The notes below the pieces were generated by a model, which searched no databases, had not been told where the DNA came from, and saw only the letters and a list, made by a program, of their open reading frames with translations. A stretch of 64,000 nt of DNA from an uncultured bacterium (GTDB lineage Bacteria; Zixibacteria; MSB-5A5; GN15; FEB-12), in contig CBDVDR010000011.1 of assembly GCA_965372795.1 (NCBI GenBank), positions 43,723-107,722 on the forward strand. Direction: 5' to 3'. How positions within the stretch are numbered: the stretch's first letter is position 1; each line of letters opens with the position of its first letter. Shown here one piece after another: positions 9,837-20,655 of this stretch. Position numbers and translations under genes: made by a program.

Positions 9837-12224
9837 ATGAAAATTTCATACAAATGGTTATTAGAATTAACAGGATTGGACTGGCCTGTTGAAGAGGTTG
9901 CCGAGAGATTAACTCTCTGTGGTACTGCCTGTGAAGATTATGAATCCACATCGAAGTACTTAAATAATGTAATTGTTGGTGAGATTCTTGAAATTAACCC
10001 GGTTGAGGGTGCTGATAAAATCAGATTAACCAAAGTTGATACCGGTTCTGAAAAATTAGATATAATTTGTGGCGCCCCTAATATTGAAGTCGGTCAAAAA
10101 GTCCCGGTAGCTGTGATAGGTGCTGAACTGGCAGGCGATTTCAAAATAAAAAAAGCTAAAATCCGCGGAGTTGAATCATATGGTATGATTTGTTCCAAAC
10201 GGGAATTAGGCATCTCTGACGACCATGCTGGAATTTGGGTTCTCGAGCCAACGGCTAATACCGGTACTCCTTTTGCAGAATACCTTGATTATGACGACTA
10301 TATTCTGACTTTTGAACTTACTCCTAATCGTGCTGACTCTACCTCTGCAATAGGAATTGCCCGTGATTTGGCAGCTTTGGCAAAAACATCGGTTATCAAA
10401 CCGAAATTTGAAATTAAAGAAACTGCTGAAAAAGCATCTGATTTAATCAAAATAAACATTGAAGATACAAAAGCATGCCCAAGATATGCTGCTCGAATAA
10501 TTAAAAATGTTAAAATAGCCGAATCTCCATGGTGGTTGCAGAAAAAGCTGATCACTGCCGGTGTTCGTCCTATAAATAATATCGTTGATATTACAAATTT
10601 AGTGATGTTTGAAATTGGACATCCATTACACGCTTTTGACTTAAACCGTTTTGGGTCTGATGAAGTCCTGGTCAGAATGGCAACTAAAGGTGAAAAGTTC
10701 ACAACCCTTGATGCCAAGGAGCATGAGCTTACTCCGGATGTTATTCTAATTACAAATGGTAAAGAAGCTGTTGCTGCCGGTGGAGTTATGGGTGGTTTAA
10801 ACTCTGAGGTAGAAGCTGACACTAAAGATATACTGCTTGAGGCGGCATATTTTAACTCGTCAATGATTCGTAAAAGCCGGAAGATTTTAGGTAATGTGAC
10901 TGAATCATCAACTCGTTTTGAAAAGGGTGCTGATCCGAATCAGGGATTAGAATACGCAATCAATCGAGCTGCATATTTATTTCAGGAAATATGCGGGGGT
11001 GAGGTTTTATCCGGAATAGTCGATTGTTATCCTGAAAAAATTGAACCGGTTACAGTATCACTTCGACCCCAACGCTGCAATGATATTCTTGGAACAAATT
11101 TATCGACAGAGCGAATTAAAGAGATTTTAACTTTATTAGAGCTTGAAGTCAAAGATGGCGACCCGCTTCAGATAACAGTGCCGACCTTCAGACCTGACCT
11201 CGAAAGGGAAATTGATCTGATTGAGGAAGTCGTCAGGATAGAAAGTTACGACAATGTTCCTAACTCGAATACTAATATAGGGTCACTATATACGCCCACT
11301 CACTTCGAGGATAACTTTAAGTCCGAGCTGAGAACGTTACTGACTTCTATCGGTTTTGATGAGATTCTTGGACATGGCTTAGCTGATAAAAAATTAGCGG
11401 ATAAATTGAATCCGGGCGTTCCTCAACTAAACCTTGTCAATCCTGTTTCTGAAGATATTAACATAATGCGGAATTCTCTGGCACAGACAGCTTTAAAAGT
11501 TATCGAGTTAAATGTTTCGCATCGTAATATAGATTTACAGTTATTTGAAATCGGTAAAGCTTATTTCCCGCCTGATAAAGATGATAATTGGGTGGAAAAT
11601 GAAAAACTCCTTCTGACTGTTACTGGCAACAGTGAACACACCTGGCGAGAAACTCCGAGGGCGTATGATTTTTATGATATCACCGGAGCCTTTGATAATA
11701 TTGTAAAACATTTTGGTGTTCCGGGATTTGAATTAAAATATTCCGGAAATCATTGGTTTACTTCGGATATATCATTTGATGTGATTTTTGAAGGTGCTAA
11801 AATTGGCTCAGTAGGAAAAGTCTCAGCTGATATTATGAAAGCCTTTGATATAAAACAGACTATCTTCCTTGCTGAAATTGATCTTTTACCTTTAATTACA
11901 TATGGCAAGCAGTTGACAAAATACGAACAGCTTCCGGTTTATCCAGCAGCCCCGAGAGACCTCGCAATCCTTGTAAAAGAAGAGATAAAAGCCGGTGAGA
12001 TTATAGAAGTTGTTAAAAAGGCTGCCGGGAAGATTGCTGAATCGGTCTCAATATTTGATTTATATACCGGAAAGCAAATTGAAAAAGGAATGAAATCGAT
12101 TGCGATTTCGATAAGCTATCGTTCTGCTGAAGGTAATCTTTCAAGTGACGTAGTTGATAAAAGACAAGCACTTGTAGTTAATTCATTAAAGAAAAACTTC
12201 AAGGCTGAAATTAGGGACAAGTAA
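9837..12224 (+). CDS. pheT: Phenylalanine--tRNA ligase beta subunit
   Basis: MKISYKWL, ICGAPN, ELTPNRAD, STRFEKG, RPDLEREIDLIEEV. Confidence 0.98.
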   Translation: MKISYKWLLELTGLDWPVEEVAERLTLCGTACEDYESTSKYLNNVIVGEILEINPVEGADKIRLTKVDTGSEKLDIICGAPNIEVGQKVPVAVIGAELAGDFKIKKAKIRGVESYGMICSKRELGISDDHAGIWVLEPTANTGTPFAEYLDYDDYILTFELTPNRADSTSAIGIARDLAALAKTSVIKPKFEIKETAEKASDLIKINIEDTKACPRYAARIIKNVKIAESPWWLQKKLITAGVRPINNIVDITNLVMFEIGHPLHAFDLNRFGSDEVLVRMATKGEKFTTLDAKEHELTPDVILITNGKEAVAAGGVMGGLNSEVEADTKDILLEAAYFNSSMIRKSRKILGNVTESSTRFEKGADPNQGLEYAINRAAYLFQEICGGEVLSGIVDCYPEKIEPVTVSLRPQRCNDILGTNLSTERIKEILTLLELEVKDGDPLQITVPTFRPDLEREIDLIEEVVRIESYDNVPNSNTNIGSLYTPTHFEDNFKSELRTLLTSIGFDEILGHGLADKKLADKLNPGVPQLNLVNPVSEDINIMRNSLAQTALKVIELNVSHRNIDLQLFEIGKAYFPPDKDDNWVENEKLLLTVTGNSEHTWRETPRAYDFYDITGAFDNIVKHFGVPGFELKYSGNHWFTSDISFDVIFEGAKIGSVGKVSADIMKAFDIKQTIFLAEIDLLPLITYGKQLTKYEQLPVYPAAPRDLAILVKEEIKAGEIIEVVKKAAGKIAESVSIFDLYTGKQIEKGMKSIAISISYRSAEGNLSSDVVDKRQALVVNSLKKNFKAEIRDK

Positions 12225-12225
12225 G

Positions 12226-12468
12226 ATGGAAGAAAAATTTGAACAATTGTTTGGCAAGGTTGAGCGGCTGATTGATGCCCTTGAAACCTTAAAGAAACAA
12301 AATGAGTCCCTTAAGATTGAGAATGTACATTTAAAAAAAGAACTTACTCAAATTCAGAAAGAATATAATTCCATAAAACTTGATGATTCTGACAAAAAAG
12401 AAAAAGTACGCAACAAACTTGTAAGCGTTCTTCAAAGGCTGGATCAGTTGGAAGAGATTGCAGGATAG
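12226..12468 (+). CDS. zapB: ZapB-like coiled-coil cell division protein
   Basis: 80 aa coiled coil in pheT-zapB-zapA-rny synteny. Confidence 0.65.
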   Translation: MEEKFEQLFGKVERLIDALETLKKQNESLKIENVHLKKELTQIQKEYNSIKLDDSDKKEKVRNKLVSVLQRLDQLEEIAG

Positions 12469-12475
12469 TTTTTTC

Positions 12476-12505
12476 TTGACAATTATTTCTGAATTTAGAT
12501 AAATT
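12476..12505 (+). promoter_or_regulatory. Putative sigma70 promoter upstream of zapA
   Basis: TTGACA-N18-TAAATT. Confidence 0.5.
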
Positions 12506-12573
12506 ATTGTAAATTAGCAGGATAAGTAAAGGAATCCTGATTAGTAGTTATTTATAAATAGATAGCAGATTTT

Positions 12574-12867
12574 ATGAGTGATAATAAGGTTGTCGTAAAA
12601 ATTTTTGGAGAAGAATATCCCATCTCGGGGGTAGCTGATCCATCCTATATTTCAAGAGTTGCTGATTATGTTGATTCGGTTATGAAAAAAACAGCCAAGT
12701 CTAGCCAGATAAAATTGAAAGACAGGGTAGCAATACTGGCAGCAATGTCTATTGCATCTGAACTTCATGAGAAATCTGATAGCTTGGATTATATAGAAAC
12801 CCGAATTTCATCAAGGCTTGACGATTTAAACAGTCAAATCGATAATGCTCTTGACGGTTTACCTTAA
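12574..12867 (+). CDS. zapA: Cell division protein ZapA
   Basis: VKIFGEEYPI, VADYVD, RVAILAAMSIASEL. Confidence 0.9.
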   Translation: MSDNKVVVKIFGEEYPISGVADPSYISRVADYVDSVMKKTAKSSQIKLKDRVAILAAMSIASELHEKSDSLDYIETRISSRLDDLNSQIDNALDGLP

Positions 12868-12962
12868 GATTCTCTTAAATCAATACTAAATCAATGTCCT
12901 TTGTCTTATCCATGCCTTTTCATATATAGTGACATCCAACCGTTGTTGGGTGGGAGGAACAC

Positions 12963-14531
12963 ATGGATTTAGAACTAGTATACATAATCGTAATTGCAAT
13001 CGTTGTAGCTATTGTTTCTTTTCTGATTTCCTGGAATGTGGCTAAGAAAGCAAGTGCCAAGAATATTCAGGATGCTTCTGAAACAGCCAAGCGAATGCTT
13101 GGTGACGCTGAGAGCCAGGCCAAAATTCAGAAAAAAGAAGCTCTTCTGGAAGCTCGGGAAGAGTGGTTAAAATTAAAAAGTGAGTTTGACCAGGAATCTG
13201 ATAAGAGGAAAAAAGAACTCGATGCAATGGAAAAAGACCTTTCTGAAAAGATGGGCTCTTTAAATAAAAAATTAGAATTTGTTGAAGTTAAAGACCGCGA
13301 AATTTCAAATCGCGAAAAGAATATCCAGGCACGCGAAAAAGGGATTGAACTTAGACAAAATGAATTAGAGCAGGTTCTTCAACAACAGAACGAAAAACTG
13401 AGAAAAATCGCTCAAATGTCTCCGGAAGAAGCTAAACAGCAATTGATGGAGAATATGAAAGAAAAAGCTCGGTTAGAAGCCGCAGCTTATATTCAAGAAA
13501 TAAAAGACAAAGCTGAAAAAGACGCTGAAAAAGAGGCTCGTGAAATTATTCTATCTTCAATTTATCGCTGTGCCGCTGATCATACGGTTGAGACTACCGT
13601 CTCGGTTGTAAATCTTCCTAATGATGAAATGAAGGGAAGAATCATCGGGCGAGAAGGCAGAAATATCCGTTCATTTGAAACAGCGACAGGAATTGATGTT
13701 ATTGTTGATGACACTCCGGAAGCTGTAATTTTGTCAGGATATGATCCTGTTAGACGTGAAATCGGTAGAATGGCTTTGGAAAAACTGATTGTCGATGGTA
13801 GAATTCACCCGACCAGAATTGAAGAAGTTGTTGAAAAAGCACAACAGGAAATGGAAGTTATCGTTCAGGAGGCTGGCGAGCAGGCTTGTTTTGAGCTTGG
13901 TGTTCATGGTCTTCATAAAGATATTATCCAGCTTCTCGGAAAGTTAAAATTCAGATCGTCATACGGTCAAAATGTTCTTAATCACTCCAAAGAGGTAGCG
14001 ATGCTTTGCGGATTGATGGCAGCCGAGCTTGAACTTGATGCTGTTATGGCAAAAAGATGTGGTTTGATGCATGATATTGGTAAAGCGATCGATCGGGAAA
14101 CCGAAGGTACGCATACTCAAATCGGTGCTGATTTTGTAAGACGATTCCATGAAAATGAAATAGTCATTAATGCAATTGAAGCTCATCATGGTGATGTTCC
14201 AATGCTGGGACCATATCCGGTTTTAGTACAAGCGGCTGATGCAATCTCTGGCGCCCGACCGGGTGCCCGCCGTGAACCTCTTGAAGCTTATATCAAGCGC
14301 CTAACTCAGCTTGAAGAATTAGCTGATAGTTTTAAAGGTGTTTCAAAAGCGTATGCTATCCAGGCTGGTCGTGAAATTCGTGTTATTGTTGAAAATGAAG
14401 CAATTGATGACCTTACCAGCACAATTTTAGCGGCTGATATTGCCCAAAAAATTGAAAATGAAATGCAATATCCGGGTCAGATCAAAGTGACAGTTATTCG
14501 TGAGACCAGATCGATAGAATTTGCAAAATAG
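12963..14531 (+). CDS. rny: Ribonuclease Y
   Basis: N-terminal TM, coiled coil, KH ([13 protein letters not shown]), HD (HDIGKA). Confidence 0.97.
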   Translation: MDLELVYIIVIAIVVAIVSFLISWNVAKKASAKNIQDASETAKRMLGDAESQAKIQKKEALLEAREEWLKLKSEFDQESDKRKKELDAMEKDLSEKMGSLNKKLEFVEVKDREISNREKNIQAREKGIELRQNELEQVLQQQNEKLRKIAQMSPEEAKQQLMENMKEKARLEAAAYIQEIKDKAEKDAEKEAREIILSSIYRCAADHTVETTVSVVNLPNDEMKGRIIGREGRNIRSFETATGIDVIVDDTPEAVILSGYDPVRREIGRMALEKLIVDGRIHPTRIEEVVEKAQQEMEVIVQEAGEQACFELGVHGLHKDIIQLLGKLKFRSSYGQNVLNHSKEVAMLCGLMAAELELDAVMAKRCGLMHDIGKAIDRETEGTHTQIGADFVRRFHENEIVINAIEAHHGDVPMLGPYPVLVQAADAISGARPGARREPLEAYIKRLTQLEELADSFKGVSKAYAIQAGREIRVIVENEAIDDLTSTILAADIAQKIENEMQYPGQIKVTVIRETRSIEFAK

Positions 14532-14555
14532 ATTTCTTGTTTTAAATTGTTGATT

Positions 14556-14592
14556 ATAAAGTGGAGTATTGTTAAACTCCACTTTATCGTTT
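14556..14592 (+). terminator. Hairpin after rny
   Basis: 12-bp stem ataaagtggagt/actccactttat with 8-nt loop. Confidence 0.6.
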
Positions 14593-14597
14593 ATATA

Positions 14598-14646
14598 GAA
14601 TCTGATTATAAGGGCAGCAGGATCAGATTCATTTAAAAGCTGCCTT
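14598..14646 (+). ncRNA. Candidate H-type pseudoknot in the ymdB-folD leader
   Basis: Stem1 14598-14607/14621-14630; stem2 14611-14618/14639-14646; A-rich linker. Confidence 0.35.
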
Positions 14647-14660
14647 AGAAAGTATTTTAA

Positions 14661-15491
14661 ATGTCTTTAATAACATTGATGTTTGTTGCTGATATCAATG
14701 GGCAATCCGGACGGCAGACAGCATCGTATCTGATTAAACCTCTCCGTGAAAAATTTAATATCGACTATGTCATAGCCAACACGGAAAATGCTGCCGGCGG
14801 GTTTGGTATAACGCCTGAAATGGCTCAAAAAGCATTCAGTTATGGAATCGATTTTCAAACATCCGGAAACCATATCTGGGATCGTTACGAGATAGTTAGT
14901 TATATTAAACGCAACCCAAAATTAATTCGTGCGGCCAACTATCCGCCCTCAGTTCCGGGCGCAGGTTTTTATATTGATCAAATTGGGGATTATAAAATCG
15001 GAATAATATCTCTGATGGGTAGAACCTATATGAAGGATCTTGACTGCCCCTTCAGGGTTGGTGCCAGGATTGTAGAGAGTATCAAAGAAGAAACAGATAT
15101 GATCTTTATTGACATGCATGCCGAAGCTACCTCTGAGAAACAAGCCCTTGCTTTTTTCCTTGATGGAAAAGTTTCAGCCGTAATTGGTACCCACACCCAT
15201 GTTCAAACAGCTGATGAATCAATCAGCCATGCCGGAACAGCCTATTTGACCGATGCCGGCATGACCGGTCCCCACGATTCAATTATCGGGATGCAGAAAG
15301 ATCCCGCTTTGCAACGGTTCCTAACCGGAATGCCAAAAAGATTTTCCACTGCCGAGGGAGATTTGAAGTTATGCGGCGTGATTATCAAAATCGATCCCGA
15401 AACCGGTAAAGCTCACGAGATTAGAAGAATTAAATATGATTATAATCCTGACACCTTTGATCGTCAGAAATTCGTAGAAGAAACGGAATAG
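14661..15491 (+). CDS. ymdB: YmdB-like (TIGR00282) metallophosphoesterase
   Basis: ENAAGGFG, SGNHIWD, DMHAEATSEK, GTHTHVQTAD; follows rny. Confidence 0.93.
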   Translation: MSLITLMFVADINGQSGRQTASYLIKPLREKFNIDYVIANTENAAGGFGITPEMAQKAFSYGIDFQTSGNHIWDRYEIVSYIKRNPKLIRAANYPPSVPGAGFYIDQIGDYKIGIISLMGRTYMKDLDCPFRVGARIVESIKEETDMIFIDMHAEATSEKQALAFFLDGKVSAVIGTHTHVQTADESISHAGTAYLTDAGMTGPHDSIIGMQKDPALQRFLTGMPKRFSTAEGDLKLCGVIIKIDPETGKAHEIRRIKYDYNPDTFDRQKFVEETE

Positions 15492-15499
15492 TAAACATA

Positions 15500-16381
15500 A
15501 TGACTGCTCAATTAATTGATGGTAAAATTGTTGCCGCCCAAGTTACTAAAGCCCTTATACCAAGAATTGAAGAACTCAAAGCAAAGGGAATTACTCCCGG
15601 ATTAGCAACTGTTCTTGTGGGAGATGATCCCGCCTCGGCAACCTATGTCCGAAGCAAGGGGAAAGCTTGTGAGAAACTTGGATTATATAGCGAACAAATT
15701 ACAAAAGATGCTTCATTCTCACAGCAGGAATTGATTGAGCTGGTCCAGTCATTAAATCGGAACGATAAAATTCATGGGATATTAGTCCAGTCTCCACTTC
15801 CTTCGCACATGGATGAATTGACTGTGACAATGGCGATTAATCCGGCCAAAGATGTGGATGGTTTCCACCCTTATAATGTCGGGATGATGTTAATCGGGTG
15901 CAGTCAGTTATTGCCTTGTACTCCTTTTGGGATTATTAAATTGCTCGAAGCTTATGAAATCGACCCTTCCGGAAAGGAAGTTGTCGTTATCGGACGATCC
16001 AATATAGTTGGGAAGCCTATTGCTGTTCTGTTAATGCAAAAAGCAAAAACAGCCAACGCAACGGTAACAGTGGCACATTCTCGATCAGGAAACCTTACCG
16101 AGATCTGTCTGAGGGCAGATATAATAATTGCCGCCATTGGTAAACCACACTTTGTTAAGCCTGAGATGGTGAAAGATGGGGCTGTTATTATTGATGTGGG
16201 AATCAACCGAATTGATGATCCCGGAAGTAAAAAAGGATATAAAATCGTCGGAGATGTTGACTTTGATGGTTGTTTAGAGAAAACCTCGTATATTACTCCT
16301 GTTCCGGGTGGAGTTGGCAGAATGACGATTGCTATGTTAATGGAGAATACTGTCAAAGCCGCTGAAATTATTTCAAAATAA
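15500..16381 (+). CDS. folD: Methylenetetrahydrofolate dehydrogenase/cyclohydrolase
   Basis: KDVDGFHP, PCTP, GRSNIVGKP, TPVPGGVG. Confidence 0.98.
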   Translation: MTAQLIDGKIVAAQVTKALIPRIEELKAKGITPGLATVLVGDDPASATYVRSKGKACEKLGLYSEQITKDASFSQQELIELVQSLNRNDKIHGILVQSPLPSHMDELTVTMAINPAKDVDGFHPYNVGMMLIGCSQLLPCTPFGIIKLLEAYEIDPSGKEVVVIGRSNIVGKPIAVLLMQKAKTANATVTVAHSRSGNLTEICLRADIIIAAIGKPHFVKPEMVKDGAVIIDVGINRIDDPGSKKGYKIVGDVDFDGCLEKTSYITPVPGGVGRMTIAMLMENTVKAAEIISK

Positions 16382-16538
16382 CATTACGTAATGCTCTGCA
16401 TATATGTCGCAGTAGGTTGCACTGTGTCGTCATTGAAGTAACATTATAAATAATGTATTACTACCATAAACATTATTCTAACACTAAAGATGTGTAACGT
16501 AAGATGATGAATAATAATAGATTATGAGCATAGTAGAG

Positions 16539-16547
16539 TGTGGATAA
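16539..16547 (-). promoter_or_regulatory. Single consensus DnaA box
   Basis: TGTGGATAA is the reverse complement of TTATCCACA. Confidence 0.3.
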
Positions 16548-16580
16548 GAAAGTTTTTAAAAATCGTTTCATAATGTAACA

Positions 16581-16596
16581 AGGCATGGACTTTGCT
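16581..16596 (+). promoter_or_regulatory. Putative sigma54 (-24/-12) promoter
   Basis: AGGCATGGACTTTGCT: GG(16582-83)-N10-GC(16594-95) with TTGC. Confidence 0.6.
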
Positions 16597-16635
16597 CTAT
16601 AAAGCTTGATGAATAAGAATTTTAAAATAGCAATA

Positions 16636-19600
16636 ATGAAATTTCTAACGATATCCTTGTTAGCTTTTTGTCTAATTTCGATTCAGGCATATGCTATTGA
16701 GGTTGAGTCCGGCTTTGATGATGACTTTGTAATATCTAATCTTTTCGATAATAGTTCATCTTTAGTAACAAATTTTGAAATACACCAATTAGATAATTTT
16801 ACAATCGACTTATCTAATCCTAATGTTGAAGAGAGTTCAACCTATCTTCTTCAATTTGATATTTCACGCTCAGATTTTTTGAAACTTGGAAACGGAGGCT
16901 TCTCATTTTTATTCCCTCCGGGATTTGATTTATCAAATGCAGATGTTACTGATATTCAAGACTCGGTTTCTCAACATGAATATTCAATTTATAGCGCATC
17001 GGTCTTTGGTCAATTGTTAACCGTGCGTGTTTTAAGAAGCAAAAACGATGAATCGAGTGACGAAAGTTTAGATTTTGCTGTTACGATTCGCTTAGAGAAT
17101 GTTATAAATACTAATATCGCCGGGCAATACGCTTTATATGGATTAGCTTTTGATAAAAAATTGCGCCTAATTGCTGGACCTACCAAATCAAATTTATTTG
17201 AAATCCTTGGTTCCAATGGACTGACTATTGAACTGACTCCTTCTGAGGATTTAACAGTTCAAGCCGGTGACGATATCAATTTCGAATTAACTGGATATGA
17301 CTTAAATGGAAATCCGGTAGATCTTGAAAATGTAAGCTGGCTTTTAAAACCGGGCTCTGATCAAATTGGATATTTTGACGGTTCCACTTTTAAAACTCAA
17401 AAAGTCGGACAGGGAATTATACAAGCTGTATATAAAAGCGAAATTATTGAAAGTGGACTCATTACAGTGATACCCGGAGAGTTAGCTTTTATCGAGCTTG
17501 ATATTTCCCATAACCAGGTGGTTGGGTATCCGCTTCAAACCAGAGCAAAAATATATCTTTTGGATAGTTTCGGAAATTTCAAAACTGATTATGATCTTCT
17601 GAATAATCCGCTTGAGTTATCAATTTCCGAGGGTGTGATTTCTCCTGATTTAGTTAATGATAATTCATTGTTGATTGAAGGGGTTATTGATCTTCTACCA
17701 TTAGAAATTCAATATGAAGGTCAATCAGTTACTGTTGAAATGTATGCATCTTCTAACGGAATTCAATCAAACAATTCGGTTGTTTCATTTAATGGATTTG
17801 AAATACTTGATGTTTTAAATTCAGATGGTACAGCTCTTTTCCGGGTATTGCCCAATCAGAGTCTTGAAATTAATCTATTTGCTTCAAATAACGGAACTCA
17901 AATAGCTTTAGACAAGCCTAAGTTGACAGCCTTTTATAATTCAAAGCCTGATGATTTCGTGACAACATTATTTGATGGAAGTTACGGTGGGATTATTAAA
18001 AATATTCCTATTATCTTACCGCCTCATACAGGGGATCCATCAGAAGATATTATAACATTTCAGATTTCGGCTGATTATTCTATCAACGGCAAGGTATTAA
18101 ATTATTTCACTGAAACAGAAATTCAGATTTTTATTGAAGAAGAATCCAAGCCGGACCTCTCGGTTGCAAATCTATTTCCAACAGTTGTCTCAGCCGGAAC
18201 AGATGCAGCATTTGAATTTGATCTGCTGCTTGAAGAATCATTTGGGGAAGTTTTGGAGGTTATTCAGGCTGAATTTAATTTATCTGGAAACTCTTTTAAT
18301 TCATCATCGGAACTCTTTTTTATAAATAATCAAATTCTACCGGGGAATAATAAAGTAACCAGTGGACCGATATTTATTCCACCGGTTTTATCTGACAATG
18401 AATTGGAAGCAAGTGTCTCGATCACTTATTCGGATTCAAAGGGGAAAATATCACAATTTAATAGTCATTTTGATGATATCTCTGTTTTGATTACGTCTGA
18501 AACGATTGTTGAAATTACAAATTTAACCATTATTTCACAAAATTCACCAAGAGTAAATATAAATCAGAACTTTACAGTTGAAGCAACTATAACAAATAAA
18601 TCTGATGTTGAGATTGTTGATCTTGAAATTCAATTAGCATCCAATGGAAGTTCTATTTTTGATGGAATAAGACTTGTTGAATTATCCGCTCTTGAATCAA
18701 AGATAATAAGTTTTCCCGTAACCGCTTCATCTGTTGCGACGATTAATGAAACTTTCATTTTGAGTCTGGTTTCTTCAAATGTAATCCAGTCCCCAATACA
18801 ATCACCATCAACATTTATTGTTATTGATGAACCGGCTGAACTTACATTGAGCTATTCATTGATTGGTATAACAAACAATCTCATTGAAAAAGGTAAAACC
18901 TTTTCATTGTTGGTGAATCTGACAAAAACCGGAACATCTGAAGTTTCCGATGCCTCGTATAAATTATTAATAGAAAATGATTTTGTTTCTGATCTGCCTT
19001 TAGATGGATTGTTAAAAGTAAACGAACAAATGATATTCAATATCACCGTTCCTGATTTTGCTGTAACAGCTAATTTTGATTTTAGTTTAACAGCTATACC
19101 TATTGAAACTAATACCTCTGTGAATGCCAGTATAAATCAAGAATCATTTAATTTTGATATTACAGTCTTATCAGATTCTCCTGAGCAAGCCACAGTGCGT
19201 ATTCGTCGAGTAATTGTTGAGGCGCCTAATGCACCAAGAATAAATATGAATCAAAATTTTGAAATTATTTGCTTGGTTGAGAACCTTTCAGAATTTAATA
19301 TTGCTGATCTTCGACTCAATCTGTCAACTAATGGATTCTCAATATTAACAGCAGAACAGTTGGTTTCGATTCCTGCCAATGATAGTATTGAAGTTCGGTA
19401 TCAAGTTACCGCAGCTTCAGAGATGAATGATAATGAAGTGTTTACTCTTGAAATTTTATCTACCAATGTAAATATTTTAAATCCGGTTGATAATATCGCT
19501 TCTGTAATAATAGAAGCACCAGTAAATATTGAACTGAATCATAATCTGTTCAATGTGCATAATGGCGTTGTCAGCAGGGGCAGTAAATTCTCAATAGCTA

Positions 19601-20655
19601 TTGAGTTAAAAAATCTTGGCACCGCCCAGGCAACTTCAGGATTTTTTGAGTTGAATACTTTTGGAACTGACCTTGGACGGGAATACCAACCACTTGGTGA
19701 GATTGCTGTAAACGAATATATAATTTTCAACTTTACCGCTCCAATGTTTGATACAACTTTTGAAATAGAATTTTCTTTAACCGAAATACCTATTGATGTA
19801 AACACAAATCATCCCGCACAAATAAATAAAACTAAGCTGAATTTTACCTTTACAGTCAAATCACTTGACGGTTCACTCTTTGTTGAAGCAAATAAAATTG
19901 GCACTAATCTTTTAATCCCGGACCGGGTTAAAGAGATGTTCCAGATCGGTTTCACTAATCAGGGTCATCAGGATCAATCAAGAATAGATGTAAATTCACT
20001 TGAGGTATACTTTACTGATCAAAATAATTTACCGCTTAACATTGAAGATAAAATTGCTCTTGAAGAGACCGGTTTTTATGACGGAAATATCCTGATTTCG
20101 ACGGCGGAAATATCAGACAATCGGATTACTTTTACATTAAATAATTTTTCGATAAGTCCATTAGCTACCAACAGTTTAAAATTCAAATCAAAATTCACCA
20201 AAGCGATCAATTCCCCGTTTAATGTGGTGCTTGATTTAAGAACTATCAAAGCTGTTTATGCCGAGGGACCGTTTATCAATCAATCTCCTGAGATTAGAAC
20301 TAGTGGCGATAAGCTTATTCTTGAGATAAAGTATATCTTTAAAGGCAAGACTCTTGAAAATTCAGTAGTTGTTCAAAATAATCCATTCGATCCCCGAATT
20401 GAGCCTCTGATTTTTACTTATGAATTGACCCTTGTGTCGGCGGTTGAGTATCGAATATTCACGTTGATCGGAGAAGAGGTTTTCTCTAAAAACGTAGCCT
20501 CCGGCCAATCAGGTACTATTGTCGGTGAAAATATTTTTGAATGGAATGGTTTAAATAACAATGGATTGCTGGTTCTGAATGGTGTCTATATCGTATCTAT
20601 AAAAGTTCTTTCTACCGGAGAAGTTGTCCGTACAAAAGTGGCGGTGGTTCGATGA
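16636..20655 (+). CDS. Large exported Ig/CARDB-like repeat surface protein with T9SS type-B/FlgD-like C-terminal domain
   Basis: Signal peptide MKFLTISLLAFCLISIQAYA (alternative starts 16606/16609); acidic beta-rich repeats; C-term NNPFDP..YRIFTLIGEEV..WNGLNNNG..NGVY..KVAVVR. Confidence 0.75.
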   Translation: MKFLTISLLAFCLISIQAYAIEVESGFDDDFVISNLFDNSSSLVTNFEIHQLDNFTIDLSNPNVEESSTYLLQFDISRSDFLKLGNGGFSFLFPPGFDLSNADVTDIQDSVSQHEYSIYSASVFGQLLTVRVLRSKNDESSDESLDFAVTIRLENVINTNIAGQYALYGLAFDKKLRLIAGPTKSNLFEILGSNGLTIELTPSEDLTVQAGDDINFELTGYDLNGNPVDLENVSWLLKPGSDQIGYFDGSTFKTQKVGQGIIQAVYKSEIIESGLITVIPGELAFIELDISHNQVVGYPLQTRAKIYLLDSFGNFKTDYDLLNNPLELSISEGVISPDLVNDNSLLIEGVIDLLPLEIQYEGQSVTVEMYASSNGIQSNNSVVSFNGFEILDVLNSDGTALFRVLPNQSLEINLFASNNGTQIALDKPKLTAFYNSKPDDFVTTLFDGSYGGIIKNIPIILPPHTGDPSEDIITFQISADYSINGKVLNYFTETEIQIFIEEESKPDLSVANLFPTVVSAGTDAAFEFDLLLEESFGEVLEVIQAEFNLSGNSFNSSSELFFINNQILPGNNKVTSGPIFIPPVLSDNELEASVSITYSDSKGKISQFNSHFDDISVLITSETIVEITNLTIISQNSPRVNINQNFTVEATITNKSDVEIVDLEIQLASNGSSIFDGIRLVELSALESKIISFPVTASSVATINETFILSLVSSNVIQSPIQSPSTFIVIDEPAELTLSYSLIGITNNLIEKGKTFSLLVNLTKTGTSEVSDASYKLLIENDFVSDLPLDGLLKVNEQMIFNITVPDFAVTANFDFSLTAIPIETNTSVNASINQESFNFDITVLSDSPEQATVRIRRVIVEAPNAPRINMNQNFEIICLVENLSEFNIADLRLNLSTNGFSILTAEQLVSIPANDSIEVRYQVTAASEMNDNEVFTLEILSTNVNILNPVDNIASVIIEAPVNIELNHNLFNVHNGVVSRGSKFSIAIELKNLGTAQATSGFFELNTFGTDLGREYQPLGEIAVNEYIIFNFTAPMFDTTFEIEFSLTEIPIDVNTNHPAQINKTKLNFTFTVKSLDGSLFVEANKIGTNLLIPDRVKEMFQIGFTNQGHQDQSRIDVNSLEVYFTDQNNLPLNIEDKIALEETGFYDGNILISTAEISDNRITFTLNNFSISPLATNSLKFKSKFTKAINSPFNVVLDLRTIKAVYAEGPFINQSPEIRTSGDKLILEIKYIFKGKTLENSVVVQNNPFDPRIEPLIFTYELTLVSAVEYRIFTLIGEEVFSKNVASGQSGTIVGENIFEWNGLNNNGLLVLNGVYIVSIKVLSTGEVVRTKVAVVR

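Noticed and set aside
12868..12962. 6S RNA expected between zapA and rny
   Set aside because: Spacer is only 95 bp with one small hairpin (12933-12952) beside the RBS; too short for a ~180-nt 6S RNA.
16382..16605. Possible replication origin
   Set aside because: Only one consensus DnaA box, and no dnaA/dnaN/gidA context.
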